Assembly (NCBI GenBank): GCA_050290185.1
Contig: JBNKHE010000004.1
Span: 160,001 to 224,000, forward strand
Origin: Pontiella sp.
GTDB lineage: Bacteria > Verrucomicrobiota > Kiritimatiellia > Kiritimatiellales > Pontiellaceae
Length of the DNA: 64,000 bases
Direction of reading: 5' to 3'
Both the position numbers and the translations under genes were made by a program. Below are positions 19,172-28,573 of the stretch, in pieces. The notes under the pieces were generated by a model. That model made no database searches. It was not told the DNA's origin and saw nothing but the letters and a program-made list of their open reading frames with translations. The number at the start of each line of letters is the position of its first letter. Position 1 is the stretch's first letter.

Positions 19172-19630
19172 CTAATAACCGCCAAAAAATACATTCTCCG
19201 CCGTGGACGAATCCTGCGGCAGAGCCAAATCAAAATTCTCCGCGCTCCAAAGCTCGATGCGCGTCATGGCTCCCACTAGAACCACCTGGTTTTTCACCTC
19301 GATATGTGCGAGCAGATTTTCCCCGACCCGCACCCGGCCCTGGGCATCCCACACCAGCATTTCCGCCCCGGCCGTGATCGAGCGGATCGCCTGTTCGTCG
19401 TTCCGGTCCAATGCCCCGCCGCTACGCAACTCATTCAGGCGTCGCATCATTTCGGCAGAGGTATAAAGAAACAGGCACTTCTCATCAGGATGCGGAAACG
19501 CAAACAACTGGTTCGAGTCCCCGGCCAGATTCCTCCAGCTTGATGGAAAGATCATACGGCGCTTGGCATCAAGGGAATGCGTAAACGACCCGACAAACAA
19601 TGCTGGCGCACTTTCAATAGCTGTCGTCAT
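19172..19630 (-). CDS. mraZ: Division/cell wall cluster transcriptional repressor MraZ
   Basis: FVGSFTHSLDAKRR, DAQGRV, RIELWS; first gene of the dcw cluster (ATG 19630 or GTG 19639). Confidence 0.92.
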   Translation of the reverse strand: MTTAIESAPALFVGSFTHSLDAKRRMIFPSSWRNLAGDSNQLFAFPHPDEKCLFLYTSAEMMRRLNELRSGGALDRNDEQAIRSITAGAEMLVWDAQGRVRVGENLLAHIEVKNQVVLVGAMTRIELWSAENFDLALPQDSSTAENVFFGGY

Positions 19631-19638
19631 GTTATTCA

Positions 19639-19806
19639 CTCCACTTTGCTCCCATTAATGGGATCTTATGACACCTTGCCCCACCTGCCGTCAAACCAAT
19701 ATCCCGCTTTTTTCGTCTGATTAAGGCCGGGAGTACGTAAAAAACTTCCCCCCTCTCCAGGGATGCACCACACCCGGCCCAACCCTGGCGCTCCACTCCT
19801 CCCCAC
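19639..19806 (-). promoter_or_regulatory. mraZ promoter region with 10-bp-phased GTGG(A/G)G repeats (putative MraZ boxes)
   Basis: Plus strand ctccac/ccccac at 19791/19801, acacc/ccacc at 19671/19681, ctcc at 19639/19649; minus-strand TTGACG at 19689-19694. Confidence 0.55.
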
Positions 19807-20044
19807 AATCCCTTTCCCTTTTACCCCTCCTGCCCTATAGTTCACCGGATGCAACCTAGATTACAGGGCCGTATAAAACCCCGGCCGGATACCAAATCAG
19901 GGATAGATGATAAAAATTGTACGATTTAAGTATTTTAATGCTGAAATCGTCCGTAGCGTGTGATTTAACTTGCCGAATCCAGAGGAAAACCCGTTAAAAG
20001 CACGTGGAACTGAAGTATAGCAAACTGCATATTGGAGATAGCGA

Positions 20045-21859
20045 GTGAAGCCAACAAACACGAGGGATCCGGAATATTTCCACAAAGTTGTAGATTGCCA
20101 ATACGCCTGTCCGGCGCATACCCCTGTACCCGAGTACATTCGACTGATCGCCGCCGGCCGCTATGCCGACGCCTACATGGTCAACTGGGAATCCAACGTA
20201 TTCCCCGGAATCCTTGGCCGAACCTGCGACCGCCCCTGCGAACCGGCCTGCCGCCGTGGCCGCGTAGAAGACAAGCCGGTGGCCATCTGCCGTCTCAAGC
20301 GCGTCTGCGCCGATATGAAAGACGATGTCCACTCGCGTATGCCTGAAATTCCCAAAACGAAAAACGGCTTCAAGGTGGCGCTAATCGGGGCAGGCCCTTC
20401 TGCACTCACCGTCGCTCGCGACCTGATGCCGCTGGGCTATGAAATCGATCTATTTGAAGCGACGCCTTCGGCCGGTGGATTCATGCGCCAGCAGATCCCG
20501 TCCTTCCGGTTGCCGTCCGAGGTGATTGACGAAGAAACCGGCTACATTCTCGACATGGGCGTCAACGCCTATTTCAACACGCGCGTGGAAAGCATGAAGG
20601 AACTGCTCGAGAAGGGCTACGACGCCGTATTTGTCGGCACCGGAGCCCCCACGGGACGAAACCTGAAGCTTCCGGGCTACGAAGATCAGGAACACAACGC
20701 CGTATACATCGGCGTCGAATGGCTCTCGCAGGTTGCTTTTGGACACGTTACCGAGGCCCCGAAGGATGTGATCGTAATCGGCGGCGGCAATACGGCCATG
20801 GACTGCTGCCGAACAGCCCTGCGTCTCGGCGCGGAAAACGTAAAGGTTGTGATCCGAACTCCCATTGATGCCATGGTGGCTTCGCCATGGGAAATTGAAG
20901 ACACCCAGGCCGAAGGCATTCCCATTCTCGAAAACCACAATCCACTGGAATATGTGATCGAGGACGGACAGTTGACGGGCATGAATTTCGACATCATCGA
21001 ATATGCGGTTGACGCGAATGGCAGGGAAACCTTCACTCCGGTTGGCCGGCAGGAAACCATTCCATGCAGCATGGTGCTGCTAGCGATCGGTCAGGCCAAT
21101 GCCTTCCCGTGGATCGAGCGCGATATCGGCATTGAATTTAACGAGATCGGCCTGGCCAAGGTCGATGATGTCACGTTCCAATCCACTAACCCGAAGGTTT
21201 TCTTTGGCGGCGACGCGGCCTTCGGCCCAAAGAATATCATCACGGCCGTTGCCCAGGGCCACGATGCGGCGCTTTCCATCGATCTGTATCTCAAGGGAAA
21301 AGATATCCTTAAACGTCCGCCCCCAGGCACCAGCCTGATCAGTCAGAAAATGGGCATCCACGACTGGAGCTATGCCAGCATGGTAACCGAGGAGCGGCGG
21401 CATATCGTGCCGCATATCGACCTGGACGAAGCAATCCACAGCCACAAGACCGAAGTGGAACTGGGCTTTGATGCCAAGACGGCCTTCGAAGAAGCCCAGC
21501 GCTGCCTGAATTGCGATGTAGAAACCGTTTTTACCGCCGAAAAATGCATTGAATGCGATGCCTGCGTTGACATTTGCCCGGTAGACTGCCTGAACTTCAC
21601 AGAAAACGAGGAAGAAGCGGAACTCAGGAGAAATCTGAATGTCCCGGCCTACAACCTGTCGCAACCGATTTATGTATCAAAGGAAGTCGGAACCGGCCGG
21701 GTGATGGTGAAGGACGAGGATGTCTGCCTGCACTGCGGACTCTGTGCGGAACGTTGCCCGACAGCGGCCTGGGACATGCAGAAATTTCTCTACATACAAA
21801 CCAAGGCGGGCTATGCCGATGAGAACCAAACCAACCCCCTGAAACCCGAGACTCCATGA
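20045..21859 (+). CDS. GltD-like FAD/NAD(P)-dependent oxidoreductase with C-terminal 2x[4Fe-4S] ferredoxin domain
   Basis: CQYACP, GRTCDRPCE..C, IGAGPS, GGGNTAMD, GGD, CIECDACVDICP, CLHCGLCAERCP. Confidence 0.9.
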   Translation: MKPTNTRDPEYFHKVVDCQYACPAHTPVPEYIRLIAAGRYADAYMVNWESNVFPGILGRTCDRPCEPACRRGRVEDKPVAICRLKRVCADMKDDVHSRMPEIPKTKNGFKVALIGAGPSALTVARDLMPLGYEIDLFEATPSAGGFMRQQIPSFRLPSEVIDEETGYILDMGVNAYFNTRVESMKELLEKGYDAVFVGTGAPTGRNLKLPGYEDQEHNAVYIGVEWLSQVAFGHVTEAPKDVIVIGGGNTAMDCCRTALRLGAENVKVVIRTPIDAMVASPWEIEDTQAEGIPILENHNPLEYVIEDGQLTGMNFDIIEYAVDANGRETFTPVGRQETIPCSMVLLAIGQANAFPWIERDIGIEFNEIGLAKVDDVTFQSTNPKVFFGGDAAFGPKNIITAVAQGHDAALSIDLYLKGKDILKRPPPGTSLISQKMGIHDWSYASMVTEERRHIVPHIDLDEAIHSHKTEVELGFDAKTAFEEAQRCLNCDVETVFTAEKCIECDACVDICPVDCLNFTENEEEAELRRNLNVPAYNLSQPIYVSKEVGTGRVMVKDEDVCLHCGLCAERCPTAAWDMQKFLYIQTKAGYADENQTNPLKPETP

Positions 21860-23721
21860 AACGCGATATTATCACAAACGAGTTCGTAATTAAATTCGCC
21901 AATGTTAACGGGACGGGCTCGGCCAGCGCCAACACGCTGTTCAGCAAAGCGGTTTTCCGTATGGGTGTTCCCATCAGCCCGAAGAACATTTTTCCGTCCA
22001 ACATTCAGGGACTGCCGACCTGGTACGAGGTACGGATCAACGAAAAGGGATTCCTGGGGCGGCGCGGCGGTCTCGAGGTCATGGTCGGCATGAATCCGCA
22101 AAGCATGCAGCGCGACATCGCCGAAGTGGAAAAAGGTGGATATTTTGTATACGATGCCACCAAGCCGCTCGACCCAGGCTGGCTGCGAGACGACATCGAC
22201 TTCATCGGTATTCCCTTCACGGAAAAATGCAGGGAAATGTACGATGACCCCCGGCAACGCCAGCTGTTCCGGAACATCATGTATGTCGGAGCCATGGTTG
22301 CCCTGTTCGACATGGAAATGGATGTGGTGAAGCAGCTCATCCATGACCAGTTCAAGGGCAAGCAAAAGCTGGTTGAACCCAATATCAAGGCCCTCGAAAC
22401 CGGCTACAATCTGGCAAAAGAAAACTATGCCTGTCCGTTCGCCTTCCGGATTTCACGCCGCGACAAGGTCGGCAACCAGATTCTGATGGATGGCAACGAA
22501 GCGTGCGGACTCGGGGCGGTATATGGCGGTGCGACCGTCTCGGCCTGGTATCCCATCACACCGTCAACGTCAGTCATCGACAACTTCGCCCGCTATTGCC
22601 GCAAGTTCCGCATCGATCCGGAAACCGGCACCAAGAACTTTGCCATCGTTCAGGCCGAAGATGAGCTGGCCGCCATCGGCATGGTCATCGGCGCCTCGTG
22701 GAACGGAGCCCGGGCTTTCACTGCTACAAGCGGCCCCGGACTGTCACTGATGCAGGAGTTTCTGGGATTGGCCTACTTTGCAGAGATCCCGACGGTATTG
22801 ATTGATGTCCAGCGATCCGGTCCATCCACCGGCATGCCGACCCGTACGCAGCAATCCGACATCCTAACCGCCGCTTATGCATCACACGGCGACACCAAAC
22901 ACATCTGCCTCTATCCCTCCACGCCCAAGGAGTGCTTCGAGCTGACTGCCGCCGCATTCGATCTTGCCGAACGCTTCCAGACACCGGTGCTCGTCATGTC
23001 GGACCTCGACCTCGGCATGAACGACAACATGTCGGAACCTTTCGAGTGGGACGATGCCCGCACCTACGACCGGGGCAAGGTCTTCACCAAGGATGACCTC
23101 GAAAACATGCAGGAACGTTTTGGCCGCTATCTGGATGTTGACGGCGATGGCGTCGCCTACCGCACCTACCCCGGCACCCATCCAACCAAGGGTTCCTTCT
23201 TCACCCGCGGCACGTCGAAGGATGAATATGCGGTGTATACTGAAAACGGCGAAAAGTATGTCGAGAACATGGACCGGTTGCTGCGCAAATGGGATACGGC
23301 CAGCAAGTATGTCCCCAAACCCATTGTTCGAAAAACCGACAAACCCTGCACCGTTGGTGCCATTTATTACGGAACCTCAGAGGCCTCCACGCTTGAAGCG
23401 CTGTACCGCCTGAACAACCTTCACGGCATCTCGCTCGATTGCATGGGTATCAAAGCCTTCCCCTTCGCGGATGAAGTAGATCAGTTTATCAATGATCACG
23501 ATTTTGTTTTCGTTATTGAACAAAACCGCGATGCCCAGATGCGCACCCTGCTCATCAATGAATACGATTACGATCCCGAACGCCTGATTCCCTTGCTTCA
23601 CTATGACGGAAGCCCGATCACCGCGCGTTACATCCGTCACGTTATCCGCGATTGGATTATGCAGATTTCTACCACGCCTACCCATCGCCGCCATCGCCCA
23701 TTTATAGGAGGAACTTCATAA
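21856..23721 (+). CDS. 2-oxoacid:acceptor oxidoreductase subunit alpha (gamma-alpha fusion, KorA-like)
   Basis: GNEA, YPITP, QAEDELAA, ATSGPG, QRSGPSTGMPT; ATGA overlap with the upstream gene. Confidence 0.93.
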   Translation: MKRDIITNEFVIKFANVNGTGSASANTLFSKAVFRMGVPISPKNIFPSNIQGLPTWYEVRINEKGFLGRRGGLEVMVGMNPQSMQRDIAEVEKGGYFVYDATKPLDPGWLRDDIDFIGIPFTEKCREMYDDPRQRQLFRNIMYVGAMVALFDMEMDVVKQLIHDQFKGKQKLVEPNIKALETGYNLAKENYACPFAFRISRRDKVGNQILMDGNEACGLGAVYGGATVSAWYPITPSTSVIDNFARYCRKFRIDPETGTKNFAIVQAEDELAAIGMVIGASWNGARAFTATSGPGLSLMQEFLGLAYFAEIPTVLIDVQRSGPSTGMPTRTQQSDILTAAYASHGDTKHICLYPSTPKECFELTAAAFDLAERFQTPVLVMSDLDLGMNDNMSEPFEWDDARTYDRGKVFTKDDLENMQERFGRYLDVDGDGVAYRTYPGTHPTKGSFFTRGTSKDEYAVYTENGEKYVENMDRLLRKWDTASKYVPKPIVRKTDKPCTVGAIYYGTSEASTLEALYRLNNLHGISLDCMGIKAFPFADEVDQFINDHDFVFVIEQNRDAQMRTLLINEYDYDPERLIPLLHYDGSPITARYIRHVIRDWIMQISTTPTHRRHRPFIGGTS

Positions 23722-24773
23722 TGAGTTACAGCGTTCCCGGTTTCCGGCATCCCAACCTGCCAAAAAACGCCCTTGGCTACACCACCAAGGATTACGAAGG
23801 AGCCGTGTCCACCCTGTGTGCGGGTTGCGGACACGACTCCATCAGCGCAGCCATCATTGAAGCCTGCTTTGAAATGTCGATCCAGCCCCACCGCGTGGCC
23901 AAGCTGTCCGGTATCGGCTGCTCGTCCAAAACACCCACCTACTTTCTCGGAAACTCGCATGGCTTCAACTCCGTGCATGGCCGTATGCCTGCGGTGGCTA
24001 CCGGAGCCAACATGGCCAACCGCAACCTCCTGTATATCGGGGTCTCCGGCGACGGGGATACCGCATCGATCGGTATGGGGCAGTTTGTTCATGCCGTCCG
24101 GCGCAATGTCAACATGGTCTATATCTGCGAGAACAACGGTGTCTACGGACTGACCAAGGGGCAGGATTCCGCCACTACCGACGTCGGATCAAAAAGCAAG
24201 AAGGGCGAACCGAACGCGCTGGAACCCATCAACCTCTGTGCGATTGCCCTCCAGCTCGGCGCCACCTTTGTTGCCAACAGTTTTTCCGGCGACAAGAAAC
24301 AGCTCGTTCCGATCATCAAGGCCGCCATCGCGCACGAGGGTTTTGCTTTCATTAACGTCATCTCGCCCTGCGTTACGTTCAACAATGTGGTCAGCTCCAC
24401 CAAATCCTACGACTATATCCGGCAGCACATGGCCTCCACGAATTCGGTCGACTACGTGCCTCCTGCAACCGAGATCACCACCGACTACGAAGCCGGCACA
24501 ACCGAACGGGTTTCCATGCACGATGGATCGCTGATTAATCTGCACAAGCTCGATCCGAATCTCGATATCCATAGCAGGCGCTCTGCGCTTGAGATGATCT
24601 ACGAATACAGTGCCCAGGAAAAAGTGCTCACCGGTATTCTATTCATTGACCCCGATGCCGATGAAATCCACAAAACCATGAACACGACGGAAACGCCATT
24701 GCGCAACCTCACTGAAAAGGAGCTCTGCCCCGGCACTTCTGCCCTTGAAGAAATCAACGACGTCCACCGTTAA
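23721..24773 (+). CDS. 2-oxoacid:ferredoxin oxidoreductase subunit beta (KorB-like)
   Basis: LCAGCGH, SGIGCS, HGR, GDGD..NNGVYGLTKGQ (TPP motif), SPCVTFN; TAATG overlap. Confidence 0.94.
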   Translation: MSYSVPGFRHPNLPKNALGYTTKDYEGAVSTLCAGCGHDSISAAIIEACFEMSIQPHRVAKLSGIGCSSKTPTYFLGNSHGFNSVHGRMPAVATGANMANRNLLYIGVSGDGDTASIGMGQFVHAVRRNVNMVYICENNGVYGLTKGQDSATTDVGSKSKKGEPNALEPINLCAIALQLGATFVANSFSGDKKQLVPIIKAAIAHEGFAFINVISPCVTFNNVVSSTKSYDYIRQHMASTNSVDYVPPATEITTDYEAGTTERVSMHDGSLINLHKLDPNLDIHSRRSALEMIYEYSAQEKVLTGILFIDPDADEIHKTMNTTETPLRNLTEKELCPGTSALEEINDVHR

Positions 24774-24847
24774 TCCCCGCACCAAGGTCTTTCAAGTCAA
24801 ATAGCGAACCCACCCCGCGGCTTCCAGACCGTCGATACACCAGTTTG

Positions 24848-24990
24848 TATAGATACCTACGGGCATGCCCGTGGTTCTATTGATTCGCTACGCTCAGCTC
24901 ATTACAGCTCCTTTGGAGCTGACATAGCTTACGCCCTGCCGGCGGCTCATTCATCCACGGGAACCCCGTGGTGTCCTGTCGTCGACCGTA
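24848..24990. mobile_element. Putative non-autonomous palindrome-ended element (IS200/IS605-derived MITE/PATE-like)
   Basis: Two related terminal hairpins, CTACGGGCATGCCCGTGG (24857-24874) and TTCAT-CCACGGG-AAC-CCCGTGG (24950-24971), with an internal hairpin CAGCTCC-TTT-GGAGCTG; no ORF. Confidence 0.5.
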
Positions 24991-25313
24991 TGCATACACT
25001 CTTTGCACATGCCACATTCTTAATAAACCCAACACCACGGCCCAATCCCCGGCGTTGTTTTTTACCGTCCTATGTAGAACGGAATTCCTGCCATTCCCCC
25101 AGTAATTTCTATATGAAACACGTGTATAAGGCCTACACTTCACGCTATTCTTTCCGCCGATACCACCGTCGTCCGTTCACAGATCGGCAAACTGGTCACC
25201 GCCCGTATTTTATCGGGAAAAAATGGCTCACCTGAACCAGCAAATTCTACTTGTCAATTTACGGGAAAGGGATATATGAGACGTTAGAGGGGGCAACTAG
25301 AGGGAGGTATCTG

Positions 25314-25772
25314 ATGTCGGCATACAAACTGATGGAATTTCTGGATGAGCACCAGATTCAATACACGACCATCACCCACTCGCCCGCATTCACCGCCCAG
25401 GAGATTGCGCAAGCCGCGCATATTCCGGGGCATGAACTGGCCAAAACCGTGATGGTCAAACTAGACGGCAAGCTCGTCGAAATGGTTCTGCCTGCCACCG
25501 AAAGGCTCGATTTACAGAGCCTCCGCTCCACCACAGGAGCAGGCCGTGCGGAACTTGCAAAGGAAACGGAATTCGACCGCTTCTTCCCCGACTGCGAAGT
25601 CGGTGCCATGCCGCCGTATGGCAACCTGTATGGAATGGAAGTCTATATATCCCCGGAACTTGGCAAGGACCGGCTCATTGCATTCAATGCCGGCAACCAC
25701 TCGGAACTCATCTGCATGCAGTACAAAGACTATGAACGGCTCGTCCACCCGGTAATAGTACAGGCTGGCTAA
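25314..25772 (+). CDS. YbaK/EbsC-family aminoacyl-tRNA deacylase
   Basis: SD GGAGG; AKTVMV, CEVGAMPPYG, FNAGNH. Confidence 0.9.
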   Translation: MSAYKLMEFLDEHQIQYTTITHSPAFTAQEIAQAAHIPGHELAKTVMVKLDGKLVEMVLPATERLDLQSLRSTTGAGRAELAKETEFDRFFPDCEVGAMPPYGNLYGMEVYISPELGKDRLIAFNAGNHSELICMQYKDYERLVHPVIVQAG

Positions 25773-25888
25773 GCGTTTGCGATGGGTTACAGACCAGCAA
25801 GAGATCCAGACGGTTGCAAAGGGTGTTTTTGCATTCCGCGAATACGCCCAGTCTTAACCGTATCTCCCTAGATTACCTTGTGAAGACG

Positions 25889-25917
25889 TTGACTTCCCTA
25901 CCTCGGATCGCTACCTT
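25889..25917 (+). promoter_or_regulatory. Putative sigma70 promoter of the GH51 gene
   Basis: TTGACT-N17-TACCTT. Confidence 0.45.
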
Positions 25918-26007
25918 AACTACTTTTGGAACAATAGTTCACTAGTAGTCTCATAGCCCGTAGGTTTCGCGACGGGCATGGGATTTTCAACGATAAGGGA
26001 TCTTATT

Positions 26008-28416
26008 ATGAAAAAAACGTGTGTATGTATCGCTTCAACTATCCTGTCCGTTTCCGCCATGGCATCCATCGACATCAATATCGACTGCACCAAGCCGACG
26101 GTTGAGCTCAGCCCCCATCTCTACGGCCTGTTCTTTGAAGACATCAACTATGCTGCGGACGGCGGACTCTACGCCGAACTCGTGCAAAACCGCTCGTTTG
26201 AATACTACAAGGTCAAGAACGCCCAAATGCCCCCTCTCTTTGCCTGGGACAAAATCGAACGCGGCGGAGCCCGTTGCGATCTTTCCGTAGAGAACACGTC
26301 ACCGCTCAACAACAATAATACGAACTACCTGAAAATCGACATCCGCAATGCGGGCAAGACCGTCGGCGTCTCCAACAGCGGCTTCGACGGAATCCCGCTG
26401 GATGCCGGCAAGAAATACGACGTATCCCTCTATGTCCGCAAGGCCGACTGGAGCGGAAACGGGCAGATTACCGTCGCGCTCGAGCTTGAAGACGGCACGG
26501 TTTGCGGACAGACCGAATTCAGCGGCATTGGAAAGGACTGGAAAAAGCTCGAAGGCGTCCTTGAGTCCGATCAAACCACCGACAATGCGCGGCTCGTAGT
26601 CACCACTTCCGGCAAGGGCGAGCTCTACCTCGACATGGTCTCCCTCTTCCCGCAGGACACCTTCAACGGCCGCAAAAACGGCATGCGCAAGGATCTCACT
26701 CAGGCCCTCAAGGATCTCCATCCCAAATTCCTCCGCTTCCCAGGCGGATGCATCGCCCACGGAAACGGCATCGACAACGTCTACCGCTGGAAGGACACCG
26801 TCGGCGATGTGGCCAACCGCAAGCCCAACTGGAATCGGTGGGGCTACCACCAGACCTACGGACTGGGCTACTACGAATATTTCCTGCTGTGTGAAGACAT
26901 CGGCGCAACCCCGCTTCCCGTGATCCCGGTCGGCGTATCCTGCGGCTTCACCCGGCCCCAGGAATGCGTGCCCATGGGCGAGCTCGGCCCTTGGATCCAG
27001 AATGCAATCGACCTGATCGAATTTTGCAACGGCTCAGCCTCCAGCCAATGGGGCGGTGTGCGCGCTCGAATGGGCCATCCCGAACCGTTCAACCTTAAGT
27101 TTGTCGCCCTCGGCAACGAACCGCACGACAATGCCCTCTTCCGCGACCGCTTCCCGCTCTTCGTCGAGGCCATCCGCAAGGCGCATCCCGAAATCAAAAT
27201 CGTTGGAACCTCCGGTCTTGGGCCGGAAATCCCGGTCTACGACCTGATGACGAAGGAAAAGGTCTACAGCTCCGACGAGCACTATTACATGGATCCCCAA
27301 TGGTTCATCGACAACCAGAACCGCTTCGACGACTTCGACCGCAGTAAGCCTAAAATCTTCGTCGGTGAATATGCATCCAAGGACAAACGCCATTTCAACG
27401 CCGTGGCCGAGGCCGCCTTCCTCACCGGCATCGAACGCAACGGCGACATGGTCGACATGACCTGCTACGCCCCGCTCTTCGGCAACGTCAAGCATTGCCA
27501 ATGGAATCCAGACCTCATCTACTTCGATCACCGAACGGTCGTCAAGACGCCCAGCTACTATGTCCAGCAACTCTTTGCCGCCAACAAGGGCGACGTCTAT
27601 CTCGCCAACGAAATCAAGGCCACCAATAAAAAACCCCAACCCACCCTATCCGGATCCGTCGGCATCGGTACGTGGAACACCGCAATCGAGGTCGAAGACG
27701 TAAAGGTGAACGGCAGAAAAGTCAACCTTGCCAACTGGCAGGCCAGCAGTGGCGACTTTAAATACAAAAACGGTCGTTTGACCCAGCGCGATGAGCATGC
27801 CGAAGCCGCTATCAGCGAAAGTTCCGAAGAATTCAAAGGCAATACGGTGACCTATACCCTGCGCGCCCGAAAAACCTCCGGACAAGAAGGTTTTCTGGTT
27901 CAGTTCGGCACCAAAGAAGGACAGTCCGACTTTTGGTGGAACATCGGAGGTTGGGGTAACAGCCGCCATGCTCTGCAAATAGGAAAAGGCCGCTCACGCT
28001 CCGAAGTCATTAGCAAAAACGGCAGCATCGAATCCGGAAAATGGTACGACATCAAGATTGTCATGAGCCCCGGCAACATCAAGTGCTATCTCAACGGTGA
28101 GCTGATTCACGACTACGACATTAAAAAGTCCACCATCAGCATCTCCTCGACATTTGACAAAGCCACGGGTGAAGTCATCGTCAAACTGGTCAATCCGCGC
28201 GAGGAAGCCGTTGCCGCAACGATCAACCTAAACGGTCTCAACCAGGTTGCCCCGGAAGGCACACTGATGTTACTCGCAGGCGATAAGTCAGCAGAAAACA
28301 CCATCGAAAACCCCGATGTGGTTAAAACAGAAACCAGCCGCATCAAGGTCGATAAATCCTTCAACTACACACTGCCGCCCATGTCGGTACAGTTTATCCG
28401 CATCAAGGCTGAGTAA
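26008..28416 (+). CDS. Alpha-L-arabinofuranosidase (GH51), secreted
   Basis: Signal peptide; YGLFFEDINYAADGGLYAELVQNRSFE, LRFPGGC, LGNE, DEHYY, FVGEYA, YAPL. Confidence 0.93.
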   Translation: MKKTCVCIASTILSVSAMASIDINIDCTKPTVELSPHLYGLFFEDINYAADGGLYAELVQNRSFEYYKVKNAQMPPLFAWDKIERGGARCDLSVENTSPLNNNNTNYLKIDIRNAGKTVGVSNSGFDGIPLDAGKKYDVSLYVRKADWSGNGQITVALELEDGTVCGQTEFSGIGKDWKKLEGVLESDQTTDNARLVVTTSGKGELYLDMVSLFPQDTFNGRKNGMRKDLTQALKDLHPKFLRFPGGCIAHGNGIDNVYRWKDTVGDVANRKPNWNRWGYHQTYGLGYYEYFLLCEDIGATPLPVIPVGVSCGFTRPQECVPMGELGPWIQNAIDLIEFCNGSASSQWGGVRARMGHPEPFNLKFVALGNEPHDNALFRDRFPLFVEAIRKAHPEIKIVGTSGLGPEIPVYDLMTKEKVYSSDEHYYMDPQWFIDNQNRFDDFDRSKPKIFVGEYASKDKRHFNAVAEAAFLTGIERNGDMVDMTCYAPLFGNVKHCQWNPDLIYFDHRTVVKTPSYYVQQLFAANKGDVYLANEIKATNKKPQPTLSGSVGIGTWNTAIEVEDVKVNGRKVNLANWQASSGDFKYKNGRLTQRDEHAEAAISESSEEFKGNTVTYTLRARKTSGQEGFLVQFGTKEGQSDFWWNIGGWGNSRHALQIGKGRSRSEVISKNGSIESGKWYDIKIVMSPGNIKCYLNGELIHDYDIKKSTISISSTFDKATGEVIVKLVNPREEAVAATINLNGLNQVAPEGTLMLLAGDKSAENTIENPDVVKTETSRIKVDKSFNYTLPPMSVQFIRIKAE

Positions 28417-28463
28417 GTTATCGGTTAAATCGTTGCAGTGCGGGAACCTTCCCTGGCGGATTC

Positions 28464-28524
28464 GCCGGGCGGGTCGCCCGGCCTGCAAACTATTCCAATC
28501 AGAGGCCCGGTCCCCCGACCGGGC
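28464..28524. repeat. Pair of oppositely oriented GC-rich REP-like hairpins between convergent genes
   Basis: GCCGGGCG-GGT-CGCCCGGC (28464-28482) and GCCCGGTC-CCCC-GACCGGGC (28505-28524). Confidence 0.6.
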
Positions 28525-28573
28525 GTCGGCTGAAAACGGGATGTGAACATTTCGTATCCAGCAACCCTAACGG

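Noticed and set aside
24877..25235. Short ORFs (88 aa minus, 81 aa plus) in the gap after the oxidoreductase beta gene
   Set aside because: No SD, atypical composition and no motifs; the minus-strand one overlaps the palindromic element
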